Assembly: GCA_021791275.1 (NCBI GenBank)
Contig: JAJYWX010000007.1
Span: 4,918-68,917 of the forward strand
Length of the DNA: 64,000 bases
DNA from: a bacterium
Lineage (GTDB): Bacteria > Patescibacteriota > Dojkabacteria > JAKAPS01 > JAJZLI01
Direction: 5' to 3'
Shown: positions 38,400 through 48,681 of the stretch, piece by piece
Layout of the letters: each line of letters starts with the position of its first letter
Position numbering within the stretch: position 1 is the first letter of the stretch
Translations under genes and position numbers: made by a program
The notes under the pieces: generated by a model
The model's database searches: none
Seen by the model: the letters and a program-made list of their open reading frames with translations, nothing else
Told to the model about the DNA's origin: nothing

Positions 38400-38651
38400 A
38401 TGATACTTTTATGGTATCATATAGATTATATGAAGAGTAAAGTAAAAAATTTATTAAATGAAATTAGACCTTTTATCCTACAACATGGGGGAGATGTGGA
38501 GCTTTTGGATGTAAAGGATAATGTTGTGAGTGTAAAAATGATGGGGGCATGTGTTGGGTGTTCTCTCTCCTCTGTTACTCTTAAAGACGGAATAGAGCAG
38601 ATCATAAAGGACGAGTTTCCAGAGATTGTATCAGTGGAGGCAGTCGAGTAA
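38400..38651 (+). CDS. Nfu/NifU C-terminal-domain Fe-S carrier protein
   Basis: GGDVELLDV...MGACVGCSLS (CxxC) Nfu signature. The true start is probably the internal Met (MKSKVK). Confidence 0.65.
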   Translation: MILLWYHIDYMKSKVKNLLNEIRPFILQHGGDVELLDVKDNVVSVKMMGACVGCSLSSVTLKDGIEQIIKDEFPEIVSVEAVE

Positions 38652-38894
38652 ATGTTAGTAAAAACCAAGGATAACAAAAAGATATATGTAGAAGTGGATA
38701 GAGATCTTTGTATAGGAGCTTCAAGTTGTGTTGCTATAGCTCCTGATACATTTGGTATAGACTCTGAATCAAAAGCCTATGTTATATCTGAGAATAATGT
38801 AGATGATTATGAAACTATTTTAGAAGCTGCAAAGAGCTGTCCTGTTTCTGCAATTCTTCTTAAGGATGAAAAAGGTAATCAAATTTGGCCATGA
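38652..38894 (+). CDS. Small ferredoxin
   Basis: DLCIGASSCVAIAP ... SCPVSAI cysteine pattern; 80 aa. Confidence 0.55.
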   Translation: MLVKTKDNKKIYVEVDRDLCIGASSCVAIAPDTFGIDSESKAYVISENNVDDYETILEAAKSCPVSAILLKDEKGNQIWP

Positions 38895-40282
38895 AGAAGA
38901 ACGATTCAAACTATAAATATGGCTTTAAAACCAAGAATAAATATGTTTTTAAATCTCAAAAAGGACTTTCAGAAAATGTTATAAAAGATATATCAAGACT
39001 TAAAAATGAACCTAAATGGATGAGAGATTTCAGGTTATATTCATATAATGTTTTTAAATCAAAACCAATTCCCAAGTGGGGGGCAGATTTATCGGATATA
39101 AATTTTGATGATTTTTATTACTTTTTAAGATCAACAGAGAAAAATTCTAAAAGTTGGGATGATGTGGATCAGGGAATAAAAGATACGTTTGATAAATTAG
39201 GCATTCCAGAAGCCGAAAGAAAATTTTTAGCAGGTGTAGAAGCTCAGTTTGAAAGCGAAGTAGTTTATCATAATTTGAGAAAAGAAATAGAAGATAAAGG
39301 TGTTATTTTTACAGATACTGATACTGCACTTAAAGAGTATCCCGAAATATTTCGGGAATATTTTTCTACAATAATCCCTCCGGAAGATAATAAATTTGCA
39401 GCTCTAAATTCTGCTGTTTGGTCAGGAGGAAGCTTTGTGTATGTTCCAAAAGGTGTGGATGTAGGAATCCCTCTCCAAGCATATTTTAGAATAAATGCAA
39501 AAGCCATGGGGCAATTTGAAAGAACATTAATAATTGTTGAAAAAGGATCTAAGGTTCACTATTTGGAGGGCTGTACAGCCCCTATATATGATGAGAATAG
39601 TCTTCACTCTGCGGTTGTAGAGATAATTTGTAAAGAAGATTCCAACGTAAGATATACTACGATTCAGAATTGGTCAAAGAATGTATATAATCTTGTTACA
39701 AAAAGGGCGGTCGCGTATAAAAATGCAAAAATGTATTGGGTAGATGGTAATTTTGGATCAAAAGTTACTATGAAATATCCCTCAGTTTATCTTTTAGAAG
39801 AGGGGGCACATGGGGAAGTGCTTTCAATGGCATCTGCATCTGAAGGACAACATATTGATGCAGGATCCAAGATAATACATGTATCTTCCAATACATCATC
39901 TAAAGTTATATCTAAATCAATATCTAGGAAGTCTGGAAGAACCAGTTATAGGGGGCTTCTTGATGCTAAAGAAGGGGTAGAGAATATAAAGTCTGATGTT
40001 AAATGTGACGCACTTCTAATGGATGAAAAATCTAGAACAGATACTTATCCGACTATAAACATTGATCATGTTAAAAAACCAAGGTTGCAACATGAAGCTA
40101 CTGTAAGCAAAATTGGAGAAGAACAAATGTTTTATTTACAATCAAGAGGGCTTTCAGAGGATGAAGCCTCATCAATGATTGTCTCTGGATTTTTAGAACC
40201 TATTGCAAAAGAGCTTCCTATGGAATATGCAATAGAGCTTAATAGATTAATTTCTTTAGAGATGACAAATTCAGTAGGATGA
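38885..40282 (+). CDS. sufB: Fe-S cluster assembly protein SufB
   Basis: Full-length SufB similarity (…FAALNSAVWSGGSFVYVPKGV…; C-terminal EEQMFYLQSRGLSEDEA). Confidence 0.9.
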   Translation: MAMKKNDSNYKYGFKTKNKYVFKSQKGLSENVIKDISRLKNEPKWMRDFRLYSYNVFKSKPIPKWGADLSDINFDDFYYFLRSTEKNSKSWDDVDQGIKDTFDKLGIPEAERKFLAGVEAQFESEVVYHNLRKEIEDKGVIFTDTDTALKEYPEIFREYFSTIIPPEDNKFAALNSAVWSGGSFVYVPKGVDVGIPLQAYFRINAKAMGQFERTLIIVEKGSKVHYLEGCTAPIYDENSLHSAVVEIICKEDSNVRYTTIQNWSKNVYNLVTKRAVAYKNAKMYWVDGNFGSKVTMKYPSVYLLEEGAHGEVLSMASASEGQHIDAGSKIIHVSSNTSSKVISKSISRKSGRTSYRGLLDAKEGVENIKSDVKCDALLMDEKSRTDTYPTINIDHVKKPRLQHEATVSKIGEEQMFYLQSRGLSEDEASSMIVSGFLEPIAKELPMEYAIELNRLISLEMTNSVG

Positions 40283-40896
40283 AGATAGTATATAAGAAAT
40301 CATCAGAAATATTAAAAAATGGGAATGAAAAATTCTTAATAGGAAAGAATGAGAGAGTAGAGTATATACTTTTTCTAGACTCTCAAGGGGATTATAAAAT
40401 AGATCTTTCTTTTATTCTTAAAGATGTTGGGGCTGAAGCGTATATATACATGATAGAGAAGGGGGTAGAAGATCAAAGCGCAGAAATAAATATATCAGTA
40501 ATTCATAAAAGTTCTTCTACTTTTGCAAGAACATTTGTAAGAAGAGTGATGTATGATGGAGGCAAGTCATATATTAATGGACTTATTAAGATTGATAAGG
40601 GATCTCAAAACTCAAATTCATATTTTGATGAAAGCACCCTTCTTTTAGGAGATAAGGTTATCTCAAAAGTTATACCATCTTTAGAAATAATACCCGATAA
40701 TGTAAAGGCTTCACATTCTTCTGCAACAACATATATACCAGAAGAAGAAGTCTTTTATCTTCAATCCAGAGGTATAGATAAAAATAAAAGTTATAACATG
40801 ATATCTTCGGGATTTCTAAAATCAAAAATTAATGAAATCACTGATAATAAGATAAAAGAAAAAGTTTTTTTAGATATTGATAATTTATTCGTATGA
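40279..40896 (+). CDS. sufD: SufD-like protein (short, 205 aa)
   Basis: C-terminus SHSSATTYIPEEEVFYLQSRGIDKNKS, paralogous to the SufB C-terminus; positioned after sufB. Confidence 0.7.
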   Translation: MKIVYKKSSEILKNGNEKFLIGKNERVEYILFLDSQGDYKIDLSFILKDVGAEAYIYMIEKGVEDQSAEINISVIHKSSSTFARTFVRRVMYDGGKSYINGLIKIDKGSQNSNSYFDESTLLLGDKVISKVIPSLEIIPDNVKASHSSATTYIPEEEVFYLQSRGIDKNKSYNMISSGFLKSKINEITDNKIKEKVFLDIDNLFV

Positions 40897-41207
40897 GAGA
40901 GATATTGCTAGGTAATGAGAAAGATTTCAAAATACACAAAGGAAAAGTAGTGATTATTGGAGATGAAGAAATTTTAATTTATAGGTCTATAAACAAATTT
41001 TTTGCATTTAAAAATGAGTGTAGTCATGAAAAATTCTCACTAGATGATGGAATTGTGAATGAAGATAGAGAAAGCATAACATGTATTCATCATGGTGCAA
41101 AATTTGATATGTCTAGTGGAAGAGTACTATCTTTTCCTGCAACATCAGCAATAAAAGTATTTGATATTTTCGTTAAGGATAAAAAAGTTTATATAAAAAT
41201 TGACTAA
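40893..41207 (+). CDS. Rieske [2Fe-2S] domain protein
   Basis: CSHEKFSL (CxH) ... CIHHGAKF (CxxH) ligand boxes. Confidence 0.7.
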   Translation: MREILLGNEKDFKIHKGKVVIIGDEEILIYRSINKFFAFKNECSHEKFSLDDGIVNEDRESITCIHHGAKFDMSSGRVLSFPATSAIKVFDIFVKDKKVYIKID

Positions 41208-41263
41208 TATAGAATTTATCGATATACTTTATTTCTTAATATGTTACTAATTTAGTATAATAT

Positions 41264-41650
41264 ATGAAACTTACAAAAGCACAAGATTATGCAACGCTGA
41301 TAGTATCTTATCTTGCTAAAGAAGGAAAGACTGTATCTGTAAGAAAAATTTGTAATGATCTTAATTTACCAATTCCTTTTACAAGAAGGATTTTGAATTC
41401 ACTTTCTAAATCAAAGATAGTTGAGGGGGTAGAAGGATCCGATGGAGGTTATAAAATTTTTAAAGATCCTTCATCAATAAGTATATATGATATTATTTCT
41501 TCTTTAGGTGGGGATATAAAAATTACAGAGTGTATAGATTGCAATTGTCCTTTAGAAGGTAGGTGTTTAAGCTCAAAGGTATTTAAGAATTTGAACGGAG
41601 AGATTGTTGATAAATTTATAAAAATTAAAATTAGTGATATTTTGAAATGA
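41264..41650 (+). CDS. Rrf2-family transcriptional regulator (IscR/SufR-like)
   Basis: N-terminal wHTH MKLTKAQDYATLIVSYLAKEG...VRKICNDLNLPIPFTRRIL and a C-terminal Cys cluster (CIDCNCP...C). Confidence 0.75.
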   Translation: MKLTKAQDYATLIVSYLAKEGKTVSVRKICNDLNLPIPFTRRILNSLSKSKIVEGVEGSDGGYKIFKDPSSISIYDIISSLGGDIKITECIDCNCPLEGRCLSSKVFKNLNGEIVDKFIKIKISDILK

Positions 41651-42393
41651 AAAAGGAGATTTTAAAAATTAAAGATCTTTATGTATCAGTAAATGGAAAA
41701 AAGATACTCAATGGGCTAAATTTTTCTTTAAATGAGGGAGATATACAAGTAGTGATGGGACCAAATGGATCCGGGAAAAGTACTTTTGCTGAAGTTTTAA
41801 TGGGATCATTCGAGTATACTGTTGACTCTGGTGAGATTTTATTATTTCAAAAAGATATAAAAGACTTACAAAGTTATAAAAGAGCAAAAATGGGATTATT
41901 TTTAGCATTTCAGCATCCGATAGAAGTCCCTGGAGTTAATTTTGGAGCATTTCTACATTCAGCATATAAATCAATCAAGAATGAAGATATATCAATATTT
42001 GAATTTATAATAAAGCTTAAGAGAGAGGCTAAAAATTTGGGTATAGAGGAGTCTTTTATCTCAAGAAATCTTAATGAAGGACTCTCCGGTGGAGAGAAAA
42101 AAAGGATGGAGATTTTACAAATAGCTGTTCTGAAACCTAAAGTTGTAATCTTAGATGAGATTGATTCTGGCCTTGATATAGATGGAATAAAATTCGTATC
42201 AAATAGTATTAATCTTTTAAATTCTCAAGGTGTAAGCTTTATAATAATTACACATCAGAGAAAACTTTTAGACAGTATTGAAATCGATAAAGTTAACTTA
42301 ATGCATAAAGGGGCTATAGTAAAAAGTTCTGATGAAACCTTGATAAAGGACATAGAAAAAAGAGGGTATAGAGATATTTTGAAATATGAATAA
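41647..42393 (+). CDS. sufC: Fe-S cluster assembly ATPase SufC
   Basis: Walker A GPNGSGKST, ABC signature LSGGEKKR, Walker B ILDEIDSGLD. Confidence 0.9.
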   Translation: MKKEILKIKDLYVSVNGKKILNGLNFSLNEGDIQVVMGPNGSGKSTFAEVLMGSFEYTVDSGEILLFQKDIKDLQSYKRAKMGLFLAFQHPIEVPGVNFGAFLHSAYKSIKNEDISIFEFIIKLKREAKNLGIEESFISRNLNEGLSGGEKKRMEILQIAVLKPKVVILDEIDSGLDIDGIKFVSNSINLLNSQGVSFIIITHQRKLLDSIEIDKVNLMHKGAIVKSSDETLIKDIEKRGYRDILKYE

Positions 42394-43576
42394 AAAAGAT
42401 TTTCCAATATTTAAAAATACGAAATTTTATAACAAGGATTTAGTATATTTAGATAACGCATCTACAACACAAAAACCTCAAATTGTTATTGATGAGTATA
42501 AGAGATTTTATGAAAATTATAATGCAAATATATATAGAGGCATATACAGATTGTCTGAAGAGGCAACTGCACTTTATGAGGAATCTAGAAAAAGAGTCGC
42601 TAAATTTATAAATGCAGATTTTGAAGAAATAATCTTTACTAGGAATACAACAGAGAGCATTAATCTTTTAATCTATACTTTTGCAAAAAAAAACCTTAAA
42701 AAAGAAGATACGATACTTTTATCTGTAATGGAGCATCACTCTAATATAATACCTTGGCTAATTCTTCAAAAGGAGATTGGTTTTTCAATTGAATATCTTG
42801 ATATAGATGAGAATTTTAATCTAAAAAATTTAGAAATAATTGAGAAAATAAAACCTAAAATCATATCTCTTTGCTACATATCAAACGTATTGGGGGTTAA
42901 GAATGATATTGAAAAAGTTATAAAATTAGGCAGAAAAAACAACTCATATATAATTATAGATGCAGCACAAGCAGTATCTCATATAAGTGTAGATGTTAAA
43001 AAACTGGATTGTGATTTCTTGGTCTTTTCTGCTCATAAAATGTTAGGACCAACTGGAGTAGGGATTCTTTTTGGTAAAAAGGATATATTGGATAAAATGC
43101 CTCCTTTCTTAGGCGGAGGAGAGATGATTCTTTCAGTCTCAAAGGATGAATTTATATCTAAAGATGTTCCATATAAATTTGAGGCAGGTACTCAAAATTT
43201 CTCTGATGTTGTGGTTTTTAAAAAATCCATAGATTATTTAGAAAGTTTGGGTATGAAAAAAATAGAAAAGTATATAAAAGATTTATCTTTTTATACATAC
43301 GATAAGCTTTCGGAAGTTCCTGGTATCAAGATATATGGAAATAGGAATGAATTTGGAATATATTCTTTCTCTCTAAAAAAAATACACTCACACGATATTT
43401 CCTCTTTTCTGGATGAGGATAATATAGCTATTAGAGCGGGGCATCATTGTGCAGAGGTATTAATGAAAAATTTGAAAGTAAATTCTCTTTCAAGGGTAAG
43501 TATATATATATATAATGATGAATCAGATATAGATAAATTATCAGAATCATTAAAAAATATTTCTAAATTATTTTAA
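42386..43576 (+). CDS. sufS: Cysteine desulfurase SufS
   Basis: PLP-Lys SAHKMLGPTGVG; active-site RAGHHCAE. Confidence 0.85.
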   Translation: MNKKDFPIFKNTKFYNKDLVYLDNASTTQKPQIVIDEYKRFYENYNANIYRGIYRLSEEATALYEESRKRVAKFINADFEEIIFTRNTTESINLLIYTFAKKNLKKEDTILLSVMEHHSNIIPWLILQKEIGFSIEYLDIDENFNLKNLEIIEKIKPKIISLCYISNVLGVKNDIEKVIKLGRKNNSYIIIDAAQAVSHISVDVKKLDCDFLVFSAHKMLGPTGVGILFGKKDILDKMPPFLGGGEMILSVSKDEFISKDVPYKFEAGTQNFSDVVVFKKSIDYLESLGMKKIEKYIKDLSFYTYDKLSEVPGIKIYGNRNEFGIYSFSLKKIHSHDISSFLDEDNIAIRAGHHCAEVLMKNLKVNSLSRVSIYIYNDESDIDKLSESLKNISKLF

Positions 43577-43578
43577 AT

Positions 43579-43950
43579 ATGGATAATAATCTTGTAAGAT
43601 CTTACATAATTGATATATATAATAATCCTAAAAATTATGGTTCTATTAAGGATTATGATTTTAAAAAGAAAGGATATAACGCTTTGTGTGGGGATAATAT
43701 AGAAATTTTTTTAAAAATAAAGGATGGTATGATTTCAAATATATCATTTATATCATCAGGGTGTATAATATCCAAAGTTTCTGCGAGTATTTTGACTGAC
43801 GAAGTGAAAGGTAAAAAAGTATCTGATGTAAAGAAGAATTTGAAATTTGAAGATATTAAAGATAAACTTTTGATAGAATTATCCTTATCTAGAGAAAAAT
43901 GTGCAAAACTCTCATTTGAAACATTCGAAAATTTATTAAAAGATTTATGA
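43579..43950 (+). CDS. sufU: SufU/IscU-like Fe-S scaffold (NifU N-terminal domain)
   Basis: NALCGDNIEIFLKIKDG, SSGCIISKVSAS, REKCAKLS (three Cys ligands). Confidence 0.75.
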   Translation: MDNNLVRSYIIDIYNNPKNYGSIKDYDFKKKGYNALCGDNIEIFLKIKDGMISNISFISSGCIISKVSASILTDEVKGKKVSDVKKNLKFEDIKDKLLIELSLSREKCAKLSFETFENLLKDL

Positions 43951-44837
43951 AAAAAATACAAGATTACGATTCTATAAATTATGATTATAGGTGCTATTGG
44001 AAAGACAGGGAATATGAAAATCTATCAGAGCAGAGAATACTAAAAAAAATTTTAAAAGATAAAAATGGGATATCTTTTATCGATATAGGAGGAGCTTATG
44101 GCCGGTTAACAGATTTATATAAGGATAAATTTGAAATACCTATACTTTTTGATTATTCATTAAAAAACCTTAAAAAAGCCCAATTCGATAAAAAGGTAAT
44201 AAGAATATGCGGAGATATTTATAATATGCCTTTTAAAGATGATTCTATTCAATCTGGAATGAGTATAAGGGTGCTGCATCATATAGAAGATCCTGAATCT
44301 GCTATCAAAGAGATTGGAAGAGTAACTTCCGATTTTTTTATACTTGAGTTTGCAAATAAAAATAATTTTTTATCTTTACTTAGAAATAAATTTAATCCTA
44401 AATTTATAGATAAAGATACATATGAAATTCCTCACAAAAGTGATTCGCAAGGATATTTAAATGATCAAGTGTTTCTTAATTTCTCTCCTAATTTTATTAA
44501 AAAAACTGTTTTGAAAAACAAATTCTTTGTAAAAGGAATATATTCAGTTTCAAATTTTAGAGAAAGAAATTTAAAAAAAGTATTTCCTTTAAAATTTCTA
44601 TTATCTTTAGAAGATATTTTTAGAGGTATTTTTTCAAAAATTTATTTTGGTCCATCGATATTTCTTTATTTAGAAAAAAGAGATAAAAAAAATAAAAGCT
44701 ATAAAAGATTAGAAGATATTCTGATTTGTATTAAATGTAAGGGTGAATTAAAAGAAGGGAAATGTAATAAGTGCAAAATTAATTATTTAGACAAATCAGG
44801 CATTTTTAATTTTAGATCTCCTCTTAAGATAGATTAA
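43947..44837 (+). CDS. Class I SAM-dependent methyltransferase with a C-terminal zinc-ribbon-like CxxC...CxxC
   Basis: Motif I FIDIGGAYGRLT; C-terminal CIKCKGELKEGKCNKCK. Confidence 0.6.
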   Translation: MKKIQDYDSINYDYRCYWKDREYENLSEQRILKKILKDKNGISFIDIGGAYGRLTDLYKDKFEIPILFDYSLKNLKKAQFDKKVIRICGDIYNMPFKDDSIQSGMSIRVLHHIEDPESAIKEIGRVTSDFFILEFANKNNFLSLLRNKFNPKFIDKDTYEIPHKSDSQGYLNDQVFLNFSPNFIKKTVLKNKFFVKGIYSVSNFRERNLKKVFPLKFLLSLEDIFRGIFSKIYFGPSIFLYLEKRDKKNKSYKRLEDILICIKCKGELKEGKCNKCKINYLDKSGIFNFRSPLKID

Positions 44838-45683
44838 AATAATAATAAGAATTATTATAAAAAGAGCTATTAGATAGATATAGTAAGGAAGGTTTATTAT
44901 AAAAAAGCTTCTGTTTATATCATAGCTATTCCCTATATTTCTTATATCTATTTTTACGTTATATATACCCCAAGGTATCTTAGGTATATAAAAATTTTTA
45001 TCTCGCACCTGTTTTACTAAAACATTTACCAATTGTTCGTTTATTGTTTTTTGATAGAATATCGAATTTATGCTTATTGTTGGAACATATGCATTATTAT
45101 ATGGACCAGGATTTTTAACTGTATATGGTATTGAAATAGGAGTTGAGTTTATAAAAAAATTCGGATTATTAAAGTTGAAAATTAAATTTGAATACCCTTT
45201 ATTTTTTCCTCTTATATTTACAAAAATATTTAAAACTATAGTTCCATTTACTTGACTCTGATGATCTTTTCCTTTTGTTACATTTGATATGAGGAGTGCT
45301 CCATTGTATGATCCGTAGGGGTCATTTTTAGGTACATTTATAGTTACGGGTATATTTATTGTGGTTTGTGGTGAAAGTGTAAAACTTCCATTTGTAAATG
45401 TTATCCAATTTTGTATATTTAATATAGAATTATTATTTATGTATAAAAGTTTTTTGTGATTATAGAAAATTCCAGTTTTTTCAATTTTTATACTTACTGG
45501 TATTTTTGATTCATTAAAAATAGATATATCCTCTTTATATTTTGACCCTCCTTTCCCTGTAAGTGATATATATGCGGGTGTTACCCTTATTGTTTCTTCA
45601 TTTTTTGCGAATAAGGTATTTTTTTGAAAAAGTATAAACGATATTAATAAAAAAAATGTAATTGTATATAAAAATTTTTTCAT
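44796..45683 (-). CDS. Secreted protein with C-terminal TM anchor plus basic tail (DUF916/DUF3324-like partner architecture)
   Basis: Signal peptide, beta-rich body, C-terminus YYIYLIALFIIILIIILIYLKRRSKIKNA. Confidence 0.35.
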   Translation of the reverse strand: MKKFLYTITFFLLISFILFQKNTLFAKNEETIRVTPAYISLTGKGGSKYKEDISIFNESKIPVSIKIEKTGIFYNHKKLLYINNNSILNIQNWITFTNGSFTLSPQTTINIPVTINVPKNDPYGSYNGALLISNVTKGKDHQSQVNGTIVLNIFVNIRGKNKGYSNLIFNFNNPNFFINSTPISIPYTVKNPGPYNNAYVPTISINSIFYQKTINEQLVNVLVKQVRDKNFYIPKIPWGIYNVKIDIRNIGNSYDINRSFFIINLPYYIYLIALFIIILIIILIYLKRRSKIKNA

Positions 45684-45685
45684 CC

Positions 45686-47803
45686 CTAGTAATCTCCAGA
45701 TACTGTATATGTAATAGTATTTGTATAATATCCTTCTGTTTGTGTTGCAGGTATATTTAGTGCATACCCAACAGTTATTGTTTGATTATTTGCAATTGAT
45801 GAGTATGAAGCAAATTCAGTCGGGGTATCTGAGAATTGTCTGTAATAAGATGGATTTATAAAGTCAGAATTACAATAAGAAAGGGTAGAGGATGGAGCCG
45901 AATTATAAAGATTGCTAATTTGGCTTGCGGTTAGAGCAGTATTGAATAGGGCTACATCTGCTATATCTCCATTAAAATAAAACCATCCCCCATTTGCATT
46001 AGGCCAACTACCAGCAGTATCCACAGTTCCTATAGATTCATACATATTATTTTGTGTTTGTATTGTTCCTGATGCAGTACCGACTAATGAACCATCTAAA
46101 TAAAGTGATTGTGTACTCCCGTCAGCCACAATAACAGCGTTATGCCAAACTCCATTATTAACAGGGGATGAAGAATTTATTGTATCTGGGGTATTATTGT
46201 AATATAACCCTTGTAATAACCCCGTAGTACCTACATATAGAGCTGGTGAATGAGAACTCCCACCGGATGTCGGTGGTGTACCAGCAACACCCCACAATCC
46301 ACCATCTGATGTGGTTTTAAACCATAATGATACCGTAGATACTGTAGATATTGATTGATTATTTAAATTATTAGGAGGTTGTATGTACGAGTTACCATTA
46401 AAATAAGTATACTTTATTCCATTACTAATTGATCCATTTGTACTAAGTTGGGGAGTTGAGTTATATATAGCATTATTATTATTTCCAGAATGGTCCAGTA
46501 CAAATTTAGGAGTTGTAAAATTTTCCATTGTCCAAAAACCTTCTGGAGATAAAGAAAGTATTGCAGAATTATATGTACTCTGAGACGTAGTATCTGAATA
46601 AAGACTACTTATCTGAGATGAGGTTAGTGCCGTATTAAATATTGATACATCTGCTATATCTCCATTAAAATAAAACCACCCATAATTGGAGGTTTCTCCA
46701 TTTGAAAAACCAGATGTATTAACTACTCCAATAGTGTTATAAGGCATGCTTGATGCGTCTATTGTTCCTGAGAGTGTGCCTACTAATGTTCCATCTAAAT
46801 ATATTGATTGGGTATTTCCATCTTCTACAATAACTGCATTATGCCAAACCCCATTATTAACAGTAGAGGAGGAATTTATGGTTGTAAAAGAGCCATTATA
46901 ATATAAGCCTTGAAGAAGTCCGGTTGTTCCAACATAGAGGGCAGGAGCATGGTTGTTAATTGTAGATTCACCAGGGAGTGCATCTTCTGCTCCCCACAAT
47001 CCACCATCTGATGTAGTGTTAAACCATAATGATACCGTAGATACTGTAGATATCGATTGATTATTTAAATTGTTTGGAGGTTCAACGTACGAATTACCAT
47101 TAAATATCATTGAGGTAGAGTTGCCTATTGGAGCACTATTAACTGGATATGCCTGATATATAGTTGCAGTATTACCGTTGTTAGAAGAGTCTTGTATTTC
47201 TTCTGTTGTGTATTGTCCTCCTAAATACCATAAACCTATAGGAGAAAGAGCTAAAGCCGCAGATCCATAAGCAGAGCAGTTATATCCCAATCCTGTATAT
47301 GAGATAGACGTATAAGGCTGTGCACTTGTTGTTGTAGCTCCATTATTAACTGGAGGTATTGTATATGATGTATTTGGGATAGTAAGGTTGTTATTTTGAT
47401 TAACATATAAATTATATCCACTCTCTGCATTAGAAGAAATTGTTATTATTGTATTAATAGGAGATTTATATATGGATCCAGGCAAAATATTACCTAAATA
47501 TATAGAGTTAGTATTGAGTGTCATTGTGATTGAAGGTACCGATTGTCCAGAATAATACTCATACCCGGATTTCAATATAAAATTTGTGGATTGAGATACC
47601 CCAGTGACTAATTGTCCTAGTGCACCTTTCTCTTTAAAATTCGTGGATTGGGTATATGGTCCTGCTTCAGCAAAAATGGGATCTCTTAAAATATAGCTTG
47701 CAGAAGTATAGTTATTTACAACTTGTGCATGTAATATTTTTGAAAAATAAATCATACACAATATTAGTATTAGAATTATAATTCCTATTTTTTTCTTTTC
47801 CAT
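45686..47803 (-). CDS. Secreted protein with two tandem LamG-like (concanavalin-like lectin) domains
   Basis: Signal peptide. The duplicated module is YV/IxPPNNLNNQSISTVSTVSLWF(N/K)TTSDGGLWG...ALYVGTTGLLQGLYYN...NNGVWHNAVIV.DG.TQS.YLDG.LVGT.SGTI...WFYFNGDIADV..FNTALT.SQIS.LY. Confidence 0.55.
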   Translation of the reverse strand: MEKKKIGIIILILILCMIYFSKILHAQVVNNYTSASYILRDPIFAEAGPYTQSTNFKEKGALGQLVTGVSQSTNFILKSGYEYYSGQSVPSITMTLNTNSIYLGNILPGSIYKSPINTIITISSNAESGYNLYVNQNNNLTIPNTSYTIPPVNNGATTTSAQPYTSISYTGLGYNCSAYGSAALALSPIGLWYLGGQYTTEEIQDSSNNGNTATIYQAYPVNSAPIGNSTSMIFNGNSYVEPPNNLNNQSISTVSTVSLWFNTTSDGGLWGAEDALPGESTINNHAPALYVGTTGLLQGLYYNGSFTTINSSSTVNNGVWHNAVIVEDGNTQSIYLDGTLVGTLSGTIDASSMPYNTIGVVNTSGFSNGETSNYGWFYFNGDIADVSIFNTALTSSQISSLYSDTTSQSTYNSAILSLSPEGFWTMENFTTPKFVLDHSGNNNNAIYNSTPQLSTNGSISNGIKYTYFNGNSYIQPPNNLNNQSISTVSTVSLWFKTTSDGGLWGVAGTPPTSGGSSHSPALYVGTTGLLQGLYYNNTPDTINSSSPVNNGVWHNAVIVADGSTQSLYLDGSLVGTASGTIQTQNNMYESIGTVDTAGSWPNANGGWFYFNGDIADVALFNTALTASQISNLYNSAPSSTLSYCNSDFINPSYYRQFSDTPTEFASYSSIANNQTITVGYALNIPATQTEGYYTNTITYTVSGDY
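45770..47200. repeat. Intragenic tandem duplication (two ~700-bp units) inside the LamG gene
   Basis: For example 46291-46380 is nearly identical to 46991-47081 (period 700 bp); the protein repeats align over about 230 aa. Confidence 0.7.
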
Positions 47804-48681
47804 ACAACCTTTATTATATAGATAATTGCAAAAATTATTAAGAGTAATATTATAATAATATATATTGGTGATATAACAAAGAAATTAGCATAATTATTTA
47901 AGTTATATACCTTATTTCCATACCTATAACTAATTATAAGCTGTGAGCTAAAATATCCAAATTGGTTAAAGAAATTATTATCTTGCCAATTTTTTTGATA
48001 AAGTCTTGTAGCATCTGTAAGTGTTAATGATTCTCTTTTATTAATAGGCAAAATTTTCACGGTTTGTCCAAATATATTTCTTATAATAATAAATCCCGAT
48101 GGTGCCAAGTAAACATTTCCCCTATTTTGGAAGAAAAGTTGAAAATTTATATTGGGATTTATATTAATATATTTTGTAGGACTAAATTTTTCGATATTTC
48201 CTAATGCCTCTATTTTTCCGCTTACATTTATTATAAGGAGAGATCTTAAAGATTCTATAATATTTTTATTTATAGTATTAACCGATATTGCAATATAGTG
48301 AGAGCCTGGAGATGCTAAAGATGGGATATTTAGTGTAAAATATATCTTTGTTTTTTCACCTCCATTTAATATTTGATTTTTAGAGATTTTTATCCAATGT
48401 ATGGCTTGTGATAAATTATTTATCTTCTGTGAGAATAAAGGGGATGCAGTATCGCCCTTTTCTCTAAATGAGTCTACGGATAAATATACTTTTTTATTTT
48501 CTTGGGATCTATTTAAAACCTCTATAAAGCTTTTATAAGAAGATTTTGGATTAACATTTATGATTTTTAATGGAGGAGTTATTGTCAGATATGAATTATA
48601 TCCGGAGGATGCAAATATTTTTGTATGTAATAAAAATATTAAAGGTATAGACAGTATTAATATTAAATAAAATTTCCTCAT
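47785..48681 (-). CDS. Secreted protein with C-terminal TM anchor plus KRKK tail (paralog of 52585-53538)
   Basis: Shares GNVYLAPSGFIIIRNIFGQTVK and FGYFSSQLIISYRYGNKVY blocks with the 317-aa protein; C-terminus IYIIIILLLIIFAIIYIIKVVWKRKK. Confidence 0.4.
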   Translation of the reverse strand: MRKFYLILILSIPLIFLLHTKIFASSGYNSYLTITPPLKIINVNPKSSYKSFIEVLNRSQENKKVYLSVDSFREKGDTASPLFSQKINNLSQAIHWIKISKNQILNGGEKTKIYFTLNIPSLASPGSHYIAISVNTINKNIIESLRSLLIINVSGKIEALGNIEKFSPTKYININPNINFQLFFQNRGNVYLAPSGFIIIRNIFGQTVKILPINKRESLTLTDATRLYQKNWQDNNFFNQFGYFSSQLIISYRYGNKVYNLNNYANFFVISPIYIIIILLLIIFAIIYIIKVVWKRKK

